Part shown: positions 19,297-29,470 of the stretch, piece after piece
Position numbering within the stretch: position 1 is the first letter of the stretch
How the letters are laid out: each line of letters begins with the position of its first letter
DNA from: Natronomonas marina
Lineage (GTDB): Archaea; Halobacteriota; Halobacteria; Halobacteriales; Haloarculaceae
Direction: 5' to 3'
Assembly (NCBI RefSeq): GCF_024298905.1
Contig: NZ_CP101154.1
Span: 3,124,932 to 3,188,931, forward strand
DNA length: 64,000 bases
Translations under genes and position numbers: made by a program
Notes under the pieces: generated by a model
Databases searched by the model: none
The model's input: only the letters and a program-made list of their open reading frames with translations
Told to the model about the DNA's origin: nothing

Positions 19297-20054
19297 TGAT
19301 AACGCTCGCCTCCGACTTCGGTACGCCGTACCCCGCCGCGATGAAGGGGACCATCCTGCAACGGTGTGACGCCCGGCTGGTCGACGTCGGCCACGATTTC
19401 CCAAGACAGGACGTCAGGACGGCGGCCTTCTGGCTGCGGGAGGTGCTACCGGAGTTCCCGCCCGCGGTCCACCTCGTCGTCGTCGACCCCGGCGTCGGGA
19501 CCGACCGGGCGGCGCTGGCCGTCCGGGCCGGCGACCACGCCCTGGTCGGTCCCGACAACGGCGTCCTGCTGCCGGCCGCCCGCACGCTGGCCAACGGCGA
19601 CCGGGACGTCGACGCCTACGAACTCGCCGTCGAGAACCCCCGGAGTTCGACGTTCCACGGCCGGGACGTTTTCGCGCCCGGCGCGGCGGCCGTCCACGAG
19701 GCCGGCATCGACCGCCTCCCGGAACTGGAGGGCCTCTCGCCCGCCGAGGACGTCGTCGACCTGACGTTCCCGACCGCCGAGCGCCGCGAGGACGGCGCCA
19801 CGGGCGAGGTGCTCGTCGTCGACGACTTCGGCAACGCCGTCACCAACGTCGACGGCGAGGTGCTGGCGGGCCTGGAGACGATCACGGTGAACGGTGAATC
19901 GGTTGCGGTCGTCCGTTCGTACGCCCACGCCGACGCCGGCGACCGGGTCGTCACCGTCGGCAGCCACGGCAACGTCGAACTGGCGGTCACCCGCGGCCGC
20001 GGCGACGAGGCCTTCGGCGTCGAAGCCGGCGACGGCGTCGACCTCGAGTGGTGA
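19296..20054 (+). CDS. SAM hydroxide adenosyltransferase / SAM hydrolase (DUF62 family)
   Basis: MITLASDFGTPYPAAMKGTIL…VVVDPGVGT…FHGRDVFAP…, the DUF62 fold. Its ATG overlaps the nadM stop (TGATGA). Confidence 0.8.
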   Translation: MITLASDFGTPYPAAMKGTILQRCDARLVDVGHDFPRQDVRTAAFWLREVLPEFPPAVHLVVVDPGVGTDRAALAVRAGDHALVGPDNGVLLPAARTLANGDRDVDAYELAVENPRSSTFHGRDVFAPGAAAVHEAGIDRLPELEGLSPAEDVVDLTFPTAERREDGATGEVLVVDDFGNAVTNVDGEVLAGLETITVNGESVAVVRSYAHADAGDRVVTVGSHGNVELAVTRGRGDEAFGVEAGDGVDLEW

Positions 20055-20089
20055 CGGGATGGGGCCGACCGCCGGTCGGCGGCCACCAC

Positions 20090-20506
20090 CTACGTCCGCT
20101 TCAGCCGCCGGGCGAACAGCTCCTCCGCGAGCAAGAGGAGGTTGTACGCGACGGTGACCGAGAAGCCGACGAGCGCGAACGCCAGCGAGACCGGCGGCTC
20201 GAGGAGGTGGACGACGGCGGCGGCCGCGGTCAGGCTGCCGGCCGTCGAGACGACGTGGACCATCGACGCCACGAGCGCCGAGTCGGCCGTCTCGACGTCG
20301 GCCGGCTCGAAGAAGCCGCGGAAGGCGACGGCAGCCAGCGCCGCGAATCCGACGAGCGCGCCGAAGACGTACGCCATGGCCCCCGTCAGGGCCGGCACGC
20401 CGTAGGCGTCGATGAGCAACGCGCCGGCGCCCCACACCGAGAGCGTGTAGCCGTAGGCTTCGGCCTCGCTCGCGAGGTTGGCCGCAAGCGTACGTCGGAG
20501 ATTCAT
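20090..20506 (-). CDS. Small membrane protein, hypothetical
   Basis: 138 aa, MNLRRTLAANLASEAEAYGYTLSVWGAGALLIDAY…, with 3-4 TM helices. It starts 6 nt after the permease stop on the same strand. Confidence 0.5.
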   Translation of the reverse strand: MNLRRTLAANLASEAEAYGYTLSVWGAGALLIDAYGVPALTGAMAYVFGALVGFAALAAVAFRGFFEPADVETADSALVASMVHVVSTAGSLTAAAAVVHLLEPPVSLAFALVGFSVTVAYNLLLLAEELFARRLKRT

Positions 20507-20511
20507 CGGTC

Positions 20512-21882
20512 TCAGTCCTCGCCGGTGAGGGCGTCGTCGACGGCTGCCTCGATGTCGTCCTCGAAGGCGTTCAGTTCTCGGCGGAGGGCGGCCCGCTCGA
20601 AGTACAGCAGTTCGGCCGCGACGACGGCCGCCGCGATGACGAGGACGGTGACGAGCGTCCCCGGTTCGCGCCGGTAGAGGTGATACAGCATCAGCGGCGC
20701 GAAGGCGGCCGTCCCGACGACGCCGACCGCGGGCGGCAGCGGATTGACCGCCTCGCGGTCCCGGTGCCGGAGAGCGAGGTAGCTCACGGTCCCGAAGACG
20801 ACGATGAACGAAAGCGACGCGAAGGCGGTGATGGCCTCCAGACTCCCGACGACGGTCAGCGCCGCCGTGATACCGCCGAGGGCGAGAAAGGTTCGGGCGG
20901 GAACGCCGTCGGCTCCCGTCTCGCTCACCCGGTCGGGCAGCAGGTCCTCCGAGACCATCCCCTTCGCCAGGTGCCCCGAGGAGAACAGCGTCGCGTTGAT
21001 GGCCGACCCCGTCGAGAACAGCGCCGCCAGCGACACGACGGTGTAGCCGACGCCGGCGTAGCCGACGGCGCCGAGCATCGGCTCCGCGGCGCTGGCCAGC
21101 GCGGTGTGGGGGTGGGTGCGGAGCGCCTCCCGCGCCAGGTTCGTCGTCACCACGCCGACGACGACGTAGATGGCCACCGCGACCGGAATCGAGACGTAGA
21201 CCGCCCGGCGAATCGTCTCGGTGGGGTCGACGATGCTCTCCTGGTCGTAGAACAGTAGCTGCCAGCCCTGGAAGGCCACGAAGGAGACGGCGGCGGCCAT
21301 GACGGGGCCGAACGACGGTAGCTGTCCGACCCCGAGCGAGATGGGGCGCGGTTCGACGACGGTGGCGAACACGAGGCCGCCGACGCCGAGCGCGACCAGC
21401 ACCGCGACTTTCGCCCCGACGAGGAGGTTCTCGGCCGACCCCGTCGCGCGGGCGCCGAGCAGGTTCAATCCCACGAACGCGGCGACGACGGCCACCGAGA
21501 CGACGGGCCGAAGCGGGACGCCGGCGACGGCCTCCGGGACGCCGCCGAGTCCGACCGCGAACTCCGCGAAGGCGACCGCGTACATCCCCATCGAACCCAC
21601 GTACCCCACGAGCAACGTCCACCCGACCATGCCCGCCGCCGTCGTGTCGTCGAGGAAGCACCGGACGAAGGTGACCGACCCGCCGTCGTCGTCGACGAGG
21701 CCGTTCAGAACCGTGTAGGAGTAGCCGGCACACAGCGCGACGACGCCGGCCAGCACGAACGCCAGCCAGGTCGCCGGGCCCGTTATCTGGGCGACCACGC
21801 CGAGGACGGCGAAGATGCCGCCGCCGATCATACCCCCGAGGGCGATGGAGACGCTTCCCGCGAGGCCGAGTCGTTCGCTCAT
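20512..21882 (-). CDS. APC-superfamily amino acid/polyamine permease
   Basis: 456 aa. The N-terminus, …SVSIALGGMIGGGIFAVLG…, matches the APC family GxG signature, and there are about 12 TM segments. Confidence 0.85.
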   Translation of the reverse strand: MSERLGLAGSVSIALGGMIGGGIFAVLGVVAQITGPATWLAFVLAGVVALCAGYSYTVLNGLVDDDGGSVTFVRCFLDDTTAAGMVGWTLLVGYVGSMGMYAVAFAEFAVGLGGVPEAVAGVPLRPVVSVAVVAAFVGLNLLGARATGSAENLLVGAKVAVLVALGVGGLVFATVVEPRPISLGVGQLPSFGPVMAAAVSFVAFQGWQLLFYDQESIVDPTETIRRAVYVSIPVAVAIYVVVGVVTTNLAREALRTHPHTALASAAEPMLGAVGYAGVGYTVVSLAALFSTGSAINATLFSSGHLAKGMVSEDLLPDRVSETGADGVPARTFLALGGITAALTVVGSLEAITAFASLSFIVVFGTVSYLALRHRDREAVNPLPPAVGVVGTAAFAPLMLYHLYRREPGTLVTVLVIAAAVVAAELLYFERAALRRELNAFEDDIEAAVDDALTGED

Positions 21883-22136
21883 CCGTTAGCATTCGTTCGA
21901 ACGGAATGACTTTGGATGTGTCGTTTCGATAGACATTTCAACCGAAAATGAAGATAACAGTCGCTGACCCTCCCGGAACAGGTCCCGCCGAGGCCCTCGA
22001 CCGGGGTGGACTCTCGCGGTTCGCCGCACCCCTTCCTCGCTTCGCTCGGTCAATGCCTGCGTCGCCACTCCACCGAGAGCCGGGCGAACAGTTCCAAACG
22101 AGAGTACCGGATGCGTGAACTCCCGGGAGAACGCGA

Positions 22137-22514
22137 TCAGAACTCCCGCAGGACGGACGCGAGCGAACTCGCGAGTTCCTCGAACCGATCTATCTTCATC
22201 GGGTCCGTCGTGACCCAGACTCCGTGCTCGCCACCGATCACCCGGGTCAGGTAACCGGTTTCGAACACGCGGATCGTGAACTGGTACCGGCCGAGTTCGG
22301 ACCCCTTGTACGCCTGTTGAGAACGGAACCCGAGGCGTTCGTTCTCCGCGAAGCCGACGAGATCAGCGGTTCGATCGAGATCGTCCCGGAGGTACAGTTG
22401 CTCGAACTCTTCCTCGGTGAAGTACGTGAGACTGCGGAGTTCGTCGCCAACCACGGTGCGAGCAGCGCTGATCAGTTCCGTTCGCTGTTCTTCAGGTACG
22501 TTACCGTTACTCAT
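22137..22514 (-). CDS. Small conserved haloarchaeal protein, hypothetical
   Basis: Start inferred at MSNGNVPEEQRTELISAARTVVGDELRSLTYFTEEEFEQLYLRDDL. The coding bias fits haloarchaeal genes. Confidence 0.55.
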   Translation of the reverse strand: MSNGNVPEEQRTELISAARTVVGDELRSLTYFTEEEFEQLYLRDDLDRTADLVGFAENERLGFRSQQAYKGSELGRYQFTIRVFETGYLTRVIGGEHGVWVTTDPMKIDRFEELASSLASVLREF

Positions 22515-22769
22515 AGTGGATCGTTCGATCCGCGCCCACAAACCAATTTGGATAAATCCTATTCGCTTGGATCGACCCGATTCGCACGACCCGATAGCAC
22601 ACGGTGACCGGCGTCTCATCGGTAAACGCATCGAACGGATACCTCCCCGACCGCGTCTGCGATCAGGAGGACAGACCGAAGTGGAAGTGGAGATTCCGAC
22701 CGGGAAACCGACAGACGAAAGCTCTATTTCGAAGGGAAACGGGCGGGTACGGGACGCAGCGGACGGGTG

Positions 22770-24350
22770 TTACTGCGCGCTAATCACGTCGTCGATGCGG
22801 GCGATCATCGTCGCCGCCTCGGTGGCGGACTCGACGGCCTCGCGCTTGACGGCGGCGGGGTCGAGGATGCCGTACTCGACGGGGTCGCCGACGTGGCCGG
22901 TCTGGCCCTCGCTGATGAGGCCGGCGCGGCCCTCGGCGTCGTGCGTCGTTCGGAGGTCCACCAGCGCGTCGATGGGGTCCATGCCGGTGTTCTCCGCGAG
23001 CGTGCGCGGCAGCACGTCGACGGCGTCGGCGAAGGCGTCGATGGCCAGTTGCTTGCGGCCCTCGACGCTGGCGGACGACGAGCGGATGTGGTCGGCGATG
23101 GCGATTTCGGTCGCGCCGGCGCCGGGGACGACGCCGCCGGCGTCGAGCGCGACGGTGGCGACATCCAGGGCGTCGTTCAGCGCGCGCTCGAGTTCGTCGG
23201 CGACGTGTTCGGTGCCGCCGCGGGCGAAGACGGTGACGGTCTCGGCGGCCGCGCCACCCTCGATGAAGGCGAGTTCGTCGTCGCCGAACCGCTGGACGGA
23301 GACGCTGTCGGCCCGCCCGAGCGCGTCACTCGAGAGGTCGCTCAGCGTGCCGACGGTGCGGGCGCCGGTCGCCCGCGCGATGGAGCGGGCCTCGTCGTCG
23401 TCGACGGAGTCGAAGGCCAGCACGCCGTCCTTGGCGAGGTAGGAGCCGACGATGTCCTCGACGTCGCCGGTGACGAAGGCGACGTCGACGCCGGCGTCGG
23501 CTACCTGCTCGGCGTAGCCGCGGAGTTCGCCCTCCTCGGCCTCGATGGCGGCGTTGAGCTGGTCGACGTTGGAGATGTCGTACTCGGCGTCGATTTCGGC
23601 CTCCCGGACCTCCAGATCGAGGTCGAGGACGGCGATGCTCGCGTCGGTGAGGTCGCGGGGCATGTCCTCGTGGAGGGGCTCCTCCTCGCTGATGACGCCC
23701 TGGACCAGTTCGGTCGCGGAGGCGCCCGCGCCCGTCTGTGTGCGGATGGTGATGGCGTCGCGGTCGACGCCGGCGCCGGTCTGGACCTGCCGGACGGCCG
23801 AGACGATGGTCTCGGCCAGCGCCTGGGCGTCGATGTCGCCGGTGCCCTTGCCGGTCATCGAGGACTCGGCGACGGCGGCCAGTTCGTCGTCGTCGACGTC
23901 GTCGGCGAGCGTCTGCTCGTCGATGGCCTCGAGTGCGAACTGTGCGGCCTGCTGGTAGCCCTCGACGATGGTCGTCGGGTGGACGTCGTCGTCGAGCAGG
24001 TCCTCGGCCTGCGCGAGGAGCTGGCCGGCCAGGACGGAGGCGGTGGTCGTGCCGTCGCCGACCTCCTCCTCCTGTGTCTCGGCGACCTCGACGATCATCT
24101 GGGCCGCCGGGTGCTCGATGTCCATCTCCTGGAGGATGGTGGCGCCGTCGTTGGTGATGACGACGTCCCCGGAGTCGGAGACGAGCATCTTGTCCATCCC
24201 TCGCGGGCCGAGCGTGGTCCGGACGGACTCGCTTACGGCCTTGCCGGCCTGGATGTTGGACGACTGGGCGTCCTTCCCTCGCGTCCGTTCGGTGTCCTCG
24301 TCGAGAATGAAGAGCGGCTGACCGCGCCGCTGGCGCATCTGCTGTGACAT
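22770..24350 (-). CDS. Thermosome subunit (group II chaperonin, CCT/TCP-1 family)
   Basis: Contains …[13 protein letters not shown]…ITNDGATIL…VGDGTTTA…, the canonical chaperonin ATP-binding motifs. Start taken at MSQQMRQ. Confidence 0.93.
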   Translation of the reverse strand: MSQQMRQRRGQPLFILDEDTERTRGKDAQSSNIQAGKAVSESVRTTLGPRGMDKMLVSDSGDVVITNDGATILQEMDIEHPAAQMIVEVAETQEEEVGDGTTTASVLAGQLLAQAEDLLDDDVHPTTIVEGYQQAAQFALEAIDEQTLADDVDDDELAAVAESSMTGKGTGDIDAQALAETIVSAVRQVQTGAGVDRDAITIRTQTGAGASATELVQGVISEEEPLHEDMPRDLTDASIAVLDLDLEVREAEIDAEYDISNVDQLNAAIEAEEGELRGYAEQVADAGVDVAFVTGDVEDIVGSYLAKDGVLAFDSVDDDEARSIARATGARTVGTLSDLSSDALGRADSVSVQRFGDDELAFIEGGAAAETVTVFARGGTEHVADELERALNDALDVATVALDAGGVVPGAGATEIAIADHIRSSSASVEGRKQLAIDAFADAVDVLPRTLAENTGMDPIDALVDLRTTHDAEGRAGLISEGQTGHVGDPVEYGILDPAAVKREAVESATEAATMIARIDDVISAQ

Positions 24351-24490
24351 GTTCGTTCGATATGTCGTCAGCGGTTCTATATAAGGTTTCCGCAACCGTC
24401 CCGTCACGGGACGGGAGTTACGCTCCCGAGGTCGGGGTGGTTTTTACAGATTGCCGAGACGAATGCCCCGGGGCCTGGCCCCGAGGCGGT

Positions 24491-25390
24491 TCACCGCTTG
24501 TCGTAGACCGCGACCGCGCGGTCGGTTCGGTTGCTCCACCCGCGGGGGTTCCGCCGGGGCGAGCGGTCGGCGTAGCGGGCCCGGATGCCGTCGGCGTAGC
24601 CCCTCGTGGCCCCCAGAAGGACGTCGCGGCCGTTGCCGAGCCACGTCGTCGGGCGGGCCTCGCCGCCGGCGACGTCCCGGAGCGTGGCGGCGGCGTCGGC
24701 GACCGCGTGGCGGCCGGTCCGGAACGGGACGGTCGGGTGGAGCCCGTAGTTCTTCGCCAGTCGATAGGCGAGCGAGTGGTACCGCTTCCGCCAGTCCCGT
24801 TCGGTCCGCCCGCCGTCCGTCGCGGTCTCTCGCGAGACGCACATCTCGGAGGCCCACGCGACCCCGTAGCCGAGACCGGCGACCCGGTGGGCGGCGTCGC
24901 GGGCGCCGCCGGTCTCGAGGTTCTCGTCGAAGCCGTCCAGGTCCTCCAGCACCTCCCGGGAGAAGGCCGCGTTGCCGCCGTTGAAGTAGGTCACCGACCG
25001 CCCCCGGATGGCCCGGGTCTCGACGCTGTCGGTGGCGACGCCGGCCCGCAACTCCTCGTGGGTCGGCCCCGTCACGACGCCGGCGTCGGCGAGCGTTCCC
25101 CTGATGGCGTCGGCCCAGCCGTCCTCGACGCGGACCGTCGGGACGAGGTAGGCGATGGCGTCGCCGCGCGCCCGGTCGAGGCCAGCGTTCCGGCTGGTGT
25201 TGACGTTCCGGCCGTCGATTTCGACGAGTACGTCCACGTCGTCGCGGTCCCGCACCATTCCGCTGGTGCCGTCGGTGGACGGGCCGTTGACGACGATGAC
25301 CTCGTCGGGGGCGTCCGCTGACAGGGCGTCGAGACAGCCCTCCAGCCGGTCGCGCTCGTTGAGCGTCGGCACGACCACCGAGACGTCCAT
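24491..25390 (-). CDS. Family 2 glycosyltransferase
   Basis: Start inferred at MDVSVVVPTLNERD…VIVVNGPSTDGT…, a GT-A fold signature with a DxD region. The upstream 137 aa of the listed ORF look non-coding. Confidence 0.7.
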   Translation of the reverse strand: MDVSVVVPTLNERDRLEGCLDALSADAPDEVIVVNGPSTDGTSGMVRDRDDVDVLVEIDGRNVNTSRNAGLDRARGDAIAYLVPTVRVEDGWADAIRGTLADAGVVTGPTHEELRAGVATDSVETRAIRGRSVTYFNGGNAAFSREVLEDLDGFDENLETGGARDAAHRVAGLGYGVAWASEMCVSRETATDGGRTERDWRKRYHSLAYRLAKNYGLHPTVPFRTGRHAVADAAATLRDVAGGEARPTTWLGNGRDVLLGATRGYADGIRARYADRSPRRNPRGWSNRTDRAVAVYDKR

Positions 25391-25439
25391 ACGCCGAGTA
25401 GCGCCCTCGAGTACTAAAAGCTCCGCGTCTGCGGGCGGC

Positions 25440-26150
25440 TCACCCGGGGACGTGGGCCTCCCAGTAGGAGACCGACGCGAGGTGGTCGCCGATGGGCGAC
25501 CGTCCGACCGCGGTGTCGAGCGCCCGGAACGGGCTGGCGATCCAGCCCGGGACCTGCCGGTAGAAGCCGTACGGGACGACGAAGTCGTGGCTGGCGTCGA
25601 CAAGTTCGAGGTCGGCGCCGACGAGCAGTTCCCGGACCTCCCGCTCGGAGTAGAGCCGCGACCCCATCGGGAGCGCCCAGTTGTATATCGAGCGGGTGGA
25701 GTACCGCTTGAACGTGTCGAAGAACACCTGTCCCTTCGAGACGCGCCGGAGTTCCGCCATGAACCCCTCCGGGTCGGGGGCGAGGTGGAAAAACCGCATC
25801 GCAAACACCGAATCGAAGCAGTCGTCGGGAAACGGAAGCCGACCGGCGTCGGCCTGCATGAACTCGATGGCCCCGTCGACGCCCGCGGCCCGGGCCTTCA
25901 TCCGGCCCTGCTCGAGCATCGCCTCGGAGATGTCCACGCCGACGATGTCGGCGCCCCGGTCGGCGAGGGTGACGGTGAACCGCCCCGTCCCGCAGGCCAC
26001 CTCGAGGATCCGCTTTTCGTCGACGGGCGACAGGGCGTCGAGTACGGCCTCCTTCTCCCGACGGTCGATGAACCGTCCCCCCCGCGAGAAGCGCTTGTCG
26101 TCGTACGCTTCCGCGATGTCGTGCTCCTGGTACCACTCCTGTCCCTTCAC
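25440..26150 (-). CDS. Class I SAM-dependent methyltransferase
   Basis: …ILEVACGTGRFTVTLADRGADIVGVDISEAM…, Rossmann-fold methyltransferase motif I. 236 aa. Confidence 0.8.
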   Translation of the reverse strand: MKGQEWYQEHDIAEAYDDKRFSRGGRFIDRREKEAVLDALSPVDEKRILEVACGTGRFTVTLADRGADIVGVDISEAMLEQGRMKARAAGVDGAIEFMQADAGRLPFPDDCFDSVFAMRFFHLAPDPEGFMAELRRVSKGQVFFDTFKRYSTRSIYNWALPMGSRLYSEREVRELLVGADLELVDASHDFVVPYGFYRQVPGWIASPFRALDTAVGRSPIGDHLASVSYWEAHVPG

Positions 26151-26220
26151 GCTACCTCAACCGACCCGCCGGCGGCATAAAAGAATGCTGGATACGCCGG
26201 AACCGCCCGAGTGCGCCCCC

Positions 26221-26628
26221 TCAGTCGCCCCGCGCGACGACGTGGTCCGGTCGAATCTCGAGAATCACTCGCGCGCCCGACTCCTCGCCGTGGTTCGGGT
26301 ACTCGGAGACGTCCATGTACCGCCGGGCCAGTTCGTCGATGTGCTCGACGGCGCCGTCCTCGGTCAGCGCCGCCACCTCGCCGCGCACCGAGACGTACCG
26401 GTAGGGGTCCTCGGGGTCGCACATGCTGACCCCGACCGAGGGGTCGCGTCGGACGTTTCGCTCCTTCAGGCGCCCGCGGGCGGTGTTCACCAGGACGCGA
26501 TCAGCGTCGGCGTCGTAGTCGACCCACACCGGCGTCGACTGCGGCGTCTCGTCCGGCATCACCGTCGAGAGGTGGGCGAACGTTCGCTTCTCGAAGAGGT
26601 CGTGGTATCCGTCCGGGATCGAACCCAT
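26221..26628 (-). CDS. PPOX-class F420/FMN-dependent oxidoreductase (pyridoxamine 5'-phosphate oxidase-like)
   Basis: 135 aa, …FAHLSTVMPDETPQSTPVWVDYD…VLVNTARGRLKERN… It has the split-barrel flavin-binding fold. Confidence 0.7.
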   Translation of the reverse strand: MGSIPDGYHDLFEKRTFAHLSTVMPDETPQSTPVWVDYDADADRVLVNTARGRLKERNVRRDPSVGVSMCDPEDPYRYVSVRGEVAALTEDGAVEHIDELARRYMDVSEYPNHGEESGARVILEIRPDHVVARGD

Positions 26629-27050
26629 GGGACCGACGACGGTCGCCTCCTACAATGGTGTTCGGTGCCCCCCACCCGGTCGCCGTCGTGACGCCCGGTC
26701 GATGTCCAGGGAGCGGCGCGCGCGAGCGATAGGACGGGCAGAAACCGGGGGTGAACGCGCGTCGTCCGGGCGCGCCCCGGTCGAGACGATGTCGGACGGT
26801 AGCGACGGGAGAACCCTCCACACGTTGAGAAGAATTGCCGAACCACGGGGGGACGCGAACGCGTCGCGTGCCACTCCACATCAAACGTCCATGAAAAGCC
26901 GGCAGTACGGTCCCGGTTTCGCACAAACGTTGCGAGCCTATAACGTATAACGATTCGGAGTATAAGGGGTCATTATACACAATTGAGTGTAGGTATTGTT
27001 TTGACACCCATATAGCGAAGGTTTACCAGTGGGTTCCACAGAGGGCCAGT

Positions 27051-27329
27051 ATGAGCACGACCACGGAGGAACGCTCACGCCCAGCCGACTCACCGTTGGC
27101 GGACCCCGAGTTCCGGGACCGCCTCCGCGAACTGCCCCCGAGCGCGAAACTCGTCGCCAAGGTGCTGGAGGGCGCCTCGCCGCTGTCGCAGGGACAGCTG
27201 GCCGAGGAGTCGCTGCTGCCCGACCGGACCGTCCGCTACGCGCTGAACCGCCTCGAGGAGGAGGACCTCGTCGACTCCCGGTACTCCTTCCACGACGCCC
27301 GGAAGCAGGTCTACTTCCTCGTCAACTGA
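27051..27329 (+). CDS. Winged-helix transcriptional regulator (MarR/HTH family)
   Basis: 92 aa, …PPSAKLVAKVLEGASPLSQGQLAEESLLPDRTVRYALNRLEEEDLV…, typical of small haloarchaeal wHTH regulators. Confidence 0.7.
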   Translation: MSTTTEERSRPADSPLADPEFRDRLRELPPSAKLVAKVLEGASPLSQGQLAEESLLPDRTVRYALNRLEEEDLVDSRYSFHDARKQVYFLVN

Positions 27330-27456
27330 ACGACTCTTTTCGTCGAGTTTTCGCACGCCACACCGGTCGCGCTGCGGAGAACCACTCGACAGCCGAGGCG
27401 GCCTCGCGGACGCTATCCACCCCACTCGTTAAGCCACCGCCGCCCCTGCCGCCGGT

Positions 27457-28227
27457 ATGCACGTCGAGCGCGTTCCCGTCGAGGTGTCCACCCGGGCGCC
27501 GACCGGCACCACCGCCTGCTACGTCCTCGGGTCCGCGGACGCCCTGCTCGTCGACCCGCCCGCTCCCGACGACCGCATCGAGGCCGAACTGGACCGCGTC
27601 GGCGCCGTCGCCGTCACCCACCACCACCCCGACCACGTCGGCGCGGTCGCCGAGTACGCAGACGCCGCCGACGCGACCGTCTGGTGTCGGCTGGGCCGCG
27701 AGGACGAGTTCGTCGAGGCGACCGGCGCCGCCCCCGACCGGACGTTCGCCGAGGGAACCACGATCGAGACGGGCGACGGCCCCGTCGTGGTGCGGGACAC
27801 ACCGGGACACGCCCCCGAGCACGTCGCCTTCGAGACGCCCGACGCGCTCGTCGCCGGCGACCTCGCTGTCGCCGAAGGCAGCGTCGTCGTCGCACCGCCG
27901 GAGGGCGACGTACGAGCCTACCTCGCCTCCCTGCGACGAGTGCTCGGCCTCGCGCCCGACCGCATCCTGCCCGCCCACGGCCCCGTCATCGACGACCCGA
28001 GAGCGACCTGCGAGCGGCTCATCGACCACCGCCTCGACCGCGAGCGGCGCGTCCTCGCCGCCGTCGAGGCCGGCAACCGCACTGTCGAGGACCTCCTCGA
28101 TGCCGCCTACGACAAGGACCTCACCGGCGTCCGGGACATGGCCGCCGGCACGGTCCGCGGCCACCTCGAGAAACTGGCCGTCGAGGGCCGCGTCCGCTGG
28201 GACGGCGCCCACGCCGACCCCGCCTAG
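27457..28227 (+). CDS. MBL-fold metallo-hydrolase
   Basis: …VAVTHHHPDHVGA… (HxHxDH) plus the downstream His/Asp ligands. 256 aa. Confidence 0.85.
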   Translation: MHVERVPVEVSTRAPTGTTACYVLGSADALLVDPPAPDDRIEAELDRVGAVAVTHHHPDHVGAVAEYADAADATVWCRLGREDEFVEATGAAPDRTFAEGTTIETGDGPVVVRDTPGHAPEHVAFETPDALVAGDLAVAEGSVVVAPPEGDVRAYLASLRRVLGLAPDRILPAHGPVIDDPRATCERLIDHRLDRERRVLAAVEAGNRTVEDLLDAAYDKDLTGVRDMAAGTVRGHLEKLAVEGRVRWDGAHADPA

Positions 28228-28286
28228 ACCGGGGCGCCGCTGCCCGCGAGCGCACCGCTTATCCGCGCTCGGCCGAACCCACCGAC

Positions 28287-28997
28287 ATGAGTCTCGAGGC
28301 CGACCTCGACCGTGCCCGCGACCTCTCGGTGGCCGACCTCGCCGACGCCGTCGAATCAATCGGCTTCGAGTGCACCCGGTGTGGGGGTTGCTGCAAGGCC
28401 GTCGAACCCGACGACGGCGAGACACAGGAGCACACCGCCACCCTCTTTCCCGACGAGGCGCGCGAGTTGCTGGACGCCACCGACGAGGGGTTCGACCGCG
28501 AGTACGACTGGCGGGACGTCGCCCGGCCGATGCCCTACGGACTCTCCGAGGGCGAGGACGGCCCCGAGGGCGAGACCTTCGAGTGGGCGCTGCAGACCGA
28601 CGCCTGCGGGGACTGCACCTTCTACCGGGAGGCCGACGACGGGACCGGCGCCTGCACCGTCCACGGCGAGCGCCCGCTCATCTGCCGCACCTACCCGTTC
28701 AGCGTCGTGCTCGGCGAGGCGGACGACGAGGACGCCGCCGTCGCACAGCCGATGGGCGAGGCCGTCGACCGCGAGGGGCCGGTCCGCGCCCACGAGTGCG
28801 AGGGCCTCGGCCGGGACATCTCCCGGGCCGACGCCGAGGAACTCGCCGCCGCGCTCAAGCAACGGGCGGTCCGTGAACTCGAGGAGGCCATCGCTGTCCG
28901 GGAGAACTACGAGCCGCGACCCGACGCCGACGGCGTGGTCGTCCACGATTCGGAGGGCCCGAAGCGTCCCGACGGGACCCCCCTGAACAGTCGGTAG
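28287..28997 (+). CDS. YkgJ-family Cys-cluster (putative Fe-S/zinc) protein
   Basis: Start inferred at MSLEADLDRARD. It has CTRCGGCC…C(x)2C…CRTYP Cys-cluster motifs (UPF0153), 236 aa. Confidence 0.65.
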   Translation: MSLEADLDRARDLSVADLADAVESIGFECTRCGGCCKAVEPDDGETQEHTATLFPDEARELLDATDEGFDREYDWRDVARPMPYGLSEGEDGPEGETFEWALQTDACGDCTFYREADDGTGACTVHGERPLICRTYPFSVVLGEADDEDAAVAQPMGEAVDREGPVRAHECEGLGRDISRADAEELAAALKQRAVRELEEAIAVRENYEPRPDADGVVVHDSEGPKRPDGTPLNSR

Positions 28998-29036
28998 CTT
29001 CTATACGGGCGCCCCGTATGTTGTGGGCGAAGGTCT

Positions 29037-29423
29037 ATGGAAATCTCCGATAAACTCCTGTGTCTGTTCAGTGCCGAGGTCGAGGAGACCGAGGACCGTT
29101 TTGTCGTCGAGATCCCGCGCAGAGAGGTCGAGACCGGCTCCGTCGATCCCGGCGAGACGTACCGCGTCGCCCTGGTCGCCGGCGGGACCGAAACCGGATC
29201 GACGTCCTCGGAGTCCGAACCCAGCGACGAACCGCAACCCCCCGTCGAGGAGGGCGAGATACGCTACGTCGAGATCGAGGACCTCGGCAAGCAGGGCGAC
29301 GGCATCGCCCGCGTCGAGCGCGGCTACGTCATCATCGTCCCCGGCGGCGAGGTCGGCGAGCGCGTCAAGGTCGAGATCTCCGAAGTGAAGTCGAACTTCG
29401 CGGTCGGCGAGATTATCGAATAG
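29037..29423 (+). CDS. TRAM-domain protein
   Basis: The C-terminus, …EGEIRYVEIEDLGKQGDGIARVERGYVIIVPGGEVGERVKVEISEVKSNFAVGEII, matches the OB-fold TRAM domain seen in small haloarchaeal proteins. Confidence 0.75.
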   Translation: MEISDKLLCLFSAEVEETEDRFVVEIPRREVETGSVDPGETYRVALVAGGTETGSTSSESEPSDEPQPPVEEGEIRYVEIEDLGKQGDGIARVERGYVIIVPGGEVGERVKVEISEVKSNFAVGEIIE

Positions 29424-29470
29424 AAACTTTTTGCACGCTCGCGAGCGCCTCTGGCGCTCGCTCGCGGCAA
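29424..29470 (+). terminator. Putative terminator: a T5 tract followed by a GC hairpin
   Basis: Directly after the TRAM stop comes aaactttttgcacg, then the CGCGAGCGCC-TCTG-GGCGCTCGC inverted repeat. Confidence 0.35.

Noticed and set aside
20090-21892. 600-aa minus-strand ORF spanning the permease region
   Set aside because: The frame is wrong for the APC permease. Only its last 138 codons (20090-20506) look like a genuine small membrane protein.
24344-25321. 325-aa plus-strand ORF opposite the GT2 gene
   Set aside because: Junk composition. The GT-A motifs are on the minus strand.
27029-28876. 615-aa plus-strand ORF spanning the MarR, MBL and YkgJ genes
   Set aside because: Alternative-frame artefact. 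Three well-defined genes occupy the correct frames.
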